DNA from: Macrostomum hystrix
Lineage: Eukaryota > Animalia > Platyhelminthes
Assembly: GCA_950097015.1 (NCBI GenBank)
Contig: CATNEN010000001.1
Coordinates: forward strand, 18,910,001 to 18,974,000
DNA length: 64,000 nt
Direction: 5' to 3'
The notes under the pieces are model-generated. The model saw nothing but the letters and a program-made list of their open reading frames with translations, made no database searches and was not told the origin of the DNA. Made by a program: the position numbers and the translations under genes. The number at the start of each line of letters is the position of its first letter. The stretch's first letter is position 1. Positions 61,675 to 64,000 of the stretch are shown piece after piece.

Positions 61675-64000
61675 ATCCGCCGCAAGACCAACGGTGGCTC
61701 GGAATTCGCTGGAGGCGGCGGCGGCCAACTGGAAGCTCTGGCCTTCCTGGGCTCGGCGAACAGGCGTGCGGACGGCAGCATGGAGCAGAAGGTGAGTTCG
61801 AGTTGAGCTCCATGGCATTGTTCATTGGCCCTTTTATGAACCCTCAAGCATTAACAGCAGAAATAGCTCCAAAAAATGACCAATTTTTGTGAAACTTCAT
61901 TATTTGGTAGTTAGTTCAATAATAAAAAATGTACAATATAATCAATGAGTATGGTCAACAATAGTAGCCGAAATGGTTACATGAGGAAATTTCGTGAGCA
62001 AAAAACGATGCCTATATTGGTACTTTGCCGCCAGACACCCCGACAAGAATCCTTGAATGTGTCGACGATGCCGATATAGTTGTTCAATTCTTTAAGTTTT
62101 AGCTTATAAAATACTGGATTTTCACGGCTTTCTGATGAATATTTTGGGAGATTTAGAAAACTGTGAAATGAGGGTATTTTAAATACTCACGTGGTATTTC
62201 CACTGTTAAAATCGTAACGTGCATAATGTTTGTTTACCCCGCAGACATTCCCATCAGTGACGTCGTCATTGAATCAGTCAGATGCCACAGCTGTGACCTT
62301 TGATGACGCCGGCAACTATGTCACCTACGGTGCTGGCCGAATGCAGCGACGAGTTGCCCAGCAGCAAAGCAGGACGATGGACACCTGCGGCAGAGCAGGT
62401 GAGATTAACTTACTTGGAGCATAAACCTTTCCTAACAGAAAATGCATTGTGAGTTACATTCGTACTGTGCACTTCCGTGAAACAAATGATTCTTGCCAGA
62501 AATTATAATTTCAACAGTTGGACTTCCAAGACATTAGCCGCCAGTGAAATTTTTTTGTCAGCGCGTGAATGCTAACAGCGTTGGGTGGTGGCTGATTGGT
62601 TGACAGACTTGGCGATGGTGTCCTGTGGTTGAGCTGCGCCTAATATTTAGGTTTGAGCAGTGAAATTCGAGAAATTCGTCAAGGTGTCCATGGTGACCAA
62701 GTTCCACCTGTTGTAACCAATTGAAGGTCCAGCAGTCCGTCTAGATAAAGGTCGGTGACCACCGAAGTCGGAGATGATGCAGGCACATCCGGGTGACATG
62801 CTGATAAATTTTGAAGGCCTGGCAAGGCCGCACTGGGGCGCAGTGCTAATTCATGTATTGGGGTGTATTAAGTGCACTATAGCGATATGGGAAAAATCCG
62901 ACCTTCGGCCAGAACCATCAAATACGGCTCGTATCTCGATGGTCTGAAGAGCTGGCGACTTGATTATTGTTTCAGAAGATGCGCAACAAAAAGTAGCCCG
63001 TGTTTTCGACTTTCTTGTGCTCACGTTGTTCCGTTCGGGTGCAGCAAAAATTTTTCAGGGGAAATCCACCTCTTGTTTGTTCTATTGTTGATTGAATATT
63101 TTACTATCCCCCCCAAGATATCTGAATTCGGAAGCTTAATGGCTAGAAATTCAATATCTTAGACTATTGATTGCTGCAATGGTTTCAATCGCAAATATCA
63201 ATCGCATTTCTCGTTAAAATTGAATGAACATGGAAAAATGTAACGCGACACTTTACCATACGAGCACACTAATAGCTGCTGCTCTCTCAAAGCTTTCAGA
63301 TTTTTTCCATTATCTATTCTAGAACTAGTTAGACAGGCTTCGAAATAGTGAAGCTTGTAAAATTGCCCAGCTATCTACTCACGACAGTAGTATATTAATA
63401 TTATATATTATATATTTGCGTTCGTCTCTCAGAAATAGGTTTGGGCCATAGACTAAAACACGAACGGCAGAAGCTCATTGAAACTGAGTTAAAGATAACT
63501 GACGCTTGTTGCTTCCAACCAATCAATGGAACGAGCTAAACAACCAACGAAAATTTAAGGAGCGACGCTGGCCACTGGCAAGCAGCAGCAGCAGCCGAGT
63601 GTCGATTTTAGCGGCTACCAGGAAGCCCTCAGCTGTTCGGAGGGTCGGCCGCCGACCTACTACGATTTGGACACTTCCGCCACAAGGCGTCAGCTGGCGG
63701 CTCGGGCTTCGCGAGCCTCCGGGACAGCCGAGTTTGTCCAACTACTCGCCAGGAGCGGCTCGGCTGGTAACCTCTTTCAGCAGCAGCAGCGGCAGCCGCC
63801 CCCGCCACAACAGCCACTGGCGCCTCTGTCGTTGACACTGACTCCGTCTGGAGCGCCCTGCACCGATCACGTGACTAGAAAGCGGTTGGCAGATCCCAAA
63901 GCTGCAGACGGTGGTCGGGCCGCCTCCTTTGATCTGTTTGAGGCGGGCGACCACACGCTGAAGCATCACGGCAAACTGTACAGCATTCCCAAGGCCAGCT
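41524..64000 (+). CDS. Protocadherin, 7 extracellular cadherin repeats + TM + cytoplasmic tail (delta-1-like architecture); 3' end beyond window
   Basis: Exons 41524-42056, 53897-54398, 54808-55488, 59072-59605, 61264-61791, 62245-62398, 63560->64000; GT-AG, phases consistent. Signal peptide MRVIAKLFLVSFTLL. Six DxND linkers (DRNDHGP, DVNDNKP, DVNDCLP, DVNDEAP, DVNDNAP x2) and LDRE motifs. TM ILVAAVGLACALTLILLAVALGLC. Confidence 0.93.
42140..43245. repeat. ~20-21-bp minisatellite (GGGATTATTGTGAMTCGAT) at the 5' end of protocadherin intron 1
   Basis: Direct reading. Confidence 0.95.
45322..45382 (-). mobile_element. Internally deleted tRNA-like head of SINE family A
   Basis: Minus strand reads GGGGTTGTTATCCTAGCGGGATTAGAGCGTTGG...GTTCGATTCCCGACTC, matching the heads at 2216 and 4027. 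Confidence 0.55.
46128..47152. repeat. 16-bp purine-rich minisatellite (TGAGACACGGGAGAGA)
   Basis: Direct reading. Confidence 0.97.
47655..48410. repeat. ~21-bp minisatellite (TCTCACTCCTCTCTCATCTAT)
   Basis: Direct reading. Confidence 0.96.
48808..51490. repeat. 27-bp pyrimidine-rich minisatellite (TCTCCTCTCTTTTCTCACACTCTCCTC)
   Basis: Direct reading; 9-aa periodicity in the spurious ORFs. Confidence 0.97.
52212..53822. repeat. 27/29-bp minisatellite (GGTACAGTGACCTCAACTGATGRGTGTGT / ...GATGGTTGC) at the 3' end of protocadherin intron 1
   Basis: Direct reading. Confidence 0.98.
54523..54781. mobile_element. TTAA-associated MITE family, copy 2 (protocadherin intron 2)
   Basis: TTTA|CAGGTAGAAAGACCATG ... 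TGGTATTTTTACTG|TTAA; 54670-54775 is the reverse complement of ~10010-10110. Confidence 0.7.
55533..56037. repeat. 20-bp minisatellite (CCCTACCATCCCACAGTCTA)
   Basis: Direct reading. Confidence 0.96.
56465..59030. repeat. 21-bp minisatellite (GAGAATCTCAATCTCCCATAA)
   Basis: Direct reading, ~120 units. Confidence 0.98.
59706..60495. repeat. 22-bp minisatellite (TTAGATTCTCCCCTCTCTTCCA)
   Basis: Direct reading. Confidence 0.97.
61855..62205. mobile_element. TTAA-associated MITE family, copy 3 (protocadherin intron 5)
   Basis: TTAA|CAGCAGAAATAGC ... GGTATTTCCACTG|TTAA; 61980-62072 aligns by eye with ~10258-10352; GGGTATTTTAAATAC hairpin near the right end. Confidence 0.7.

Overview
This is eukaryotic (metazoan) genomic DNA with spliceosomal introns, not a prokaryotic window. 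About 38% (~24-25 kb by my tally) consists of more than 20 different 15-44 bp minisatellite arrays. That landscape plus the gene content suggests a free-living flatworm such as Macrostomum (inference only). Six spliced genes can be rebuilt by hand with phase-consistent GT-AG junctions: (1) a 7-exon tetraspanin (-); (2) a 3-exon, 879-aa fusion of ankyrin repeats to a Mab-21/cGAS-like nucleotidyltransferase (cGLR) with an intact catalytic motif (-); (3) a ~1190-aa low-complexity/coiled-coil protein with ~90 'TASPEK' repeats, downstream of an RFX X-box (+); (4) a 518-aa unknown disordered protein (+); (5) 5-exon phosphoglycerate kinase (+); and (6) a 7-EC protocadherin running off the right end (+). 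Mobile DNA includes tRNA-derived SINEs, a hAT MITE with perfect TIRs and TSD, and a three-copy TTAA-associated MITE family. The best candidates for novel biology are the ANK-cGLR immune-signalling enzyme, a PGK intron built from 71 copies of its own 5' splice-site region, and signs that minisatellites are seeded by MITEs and expand next to exon boundaries. Most long ORFs in the supplied track over the repeats are artefacts.
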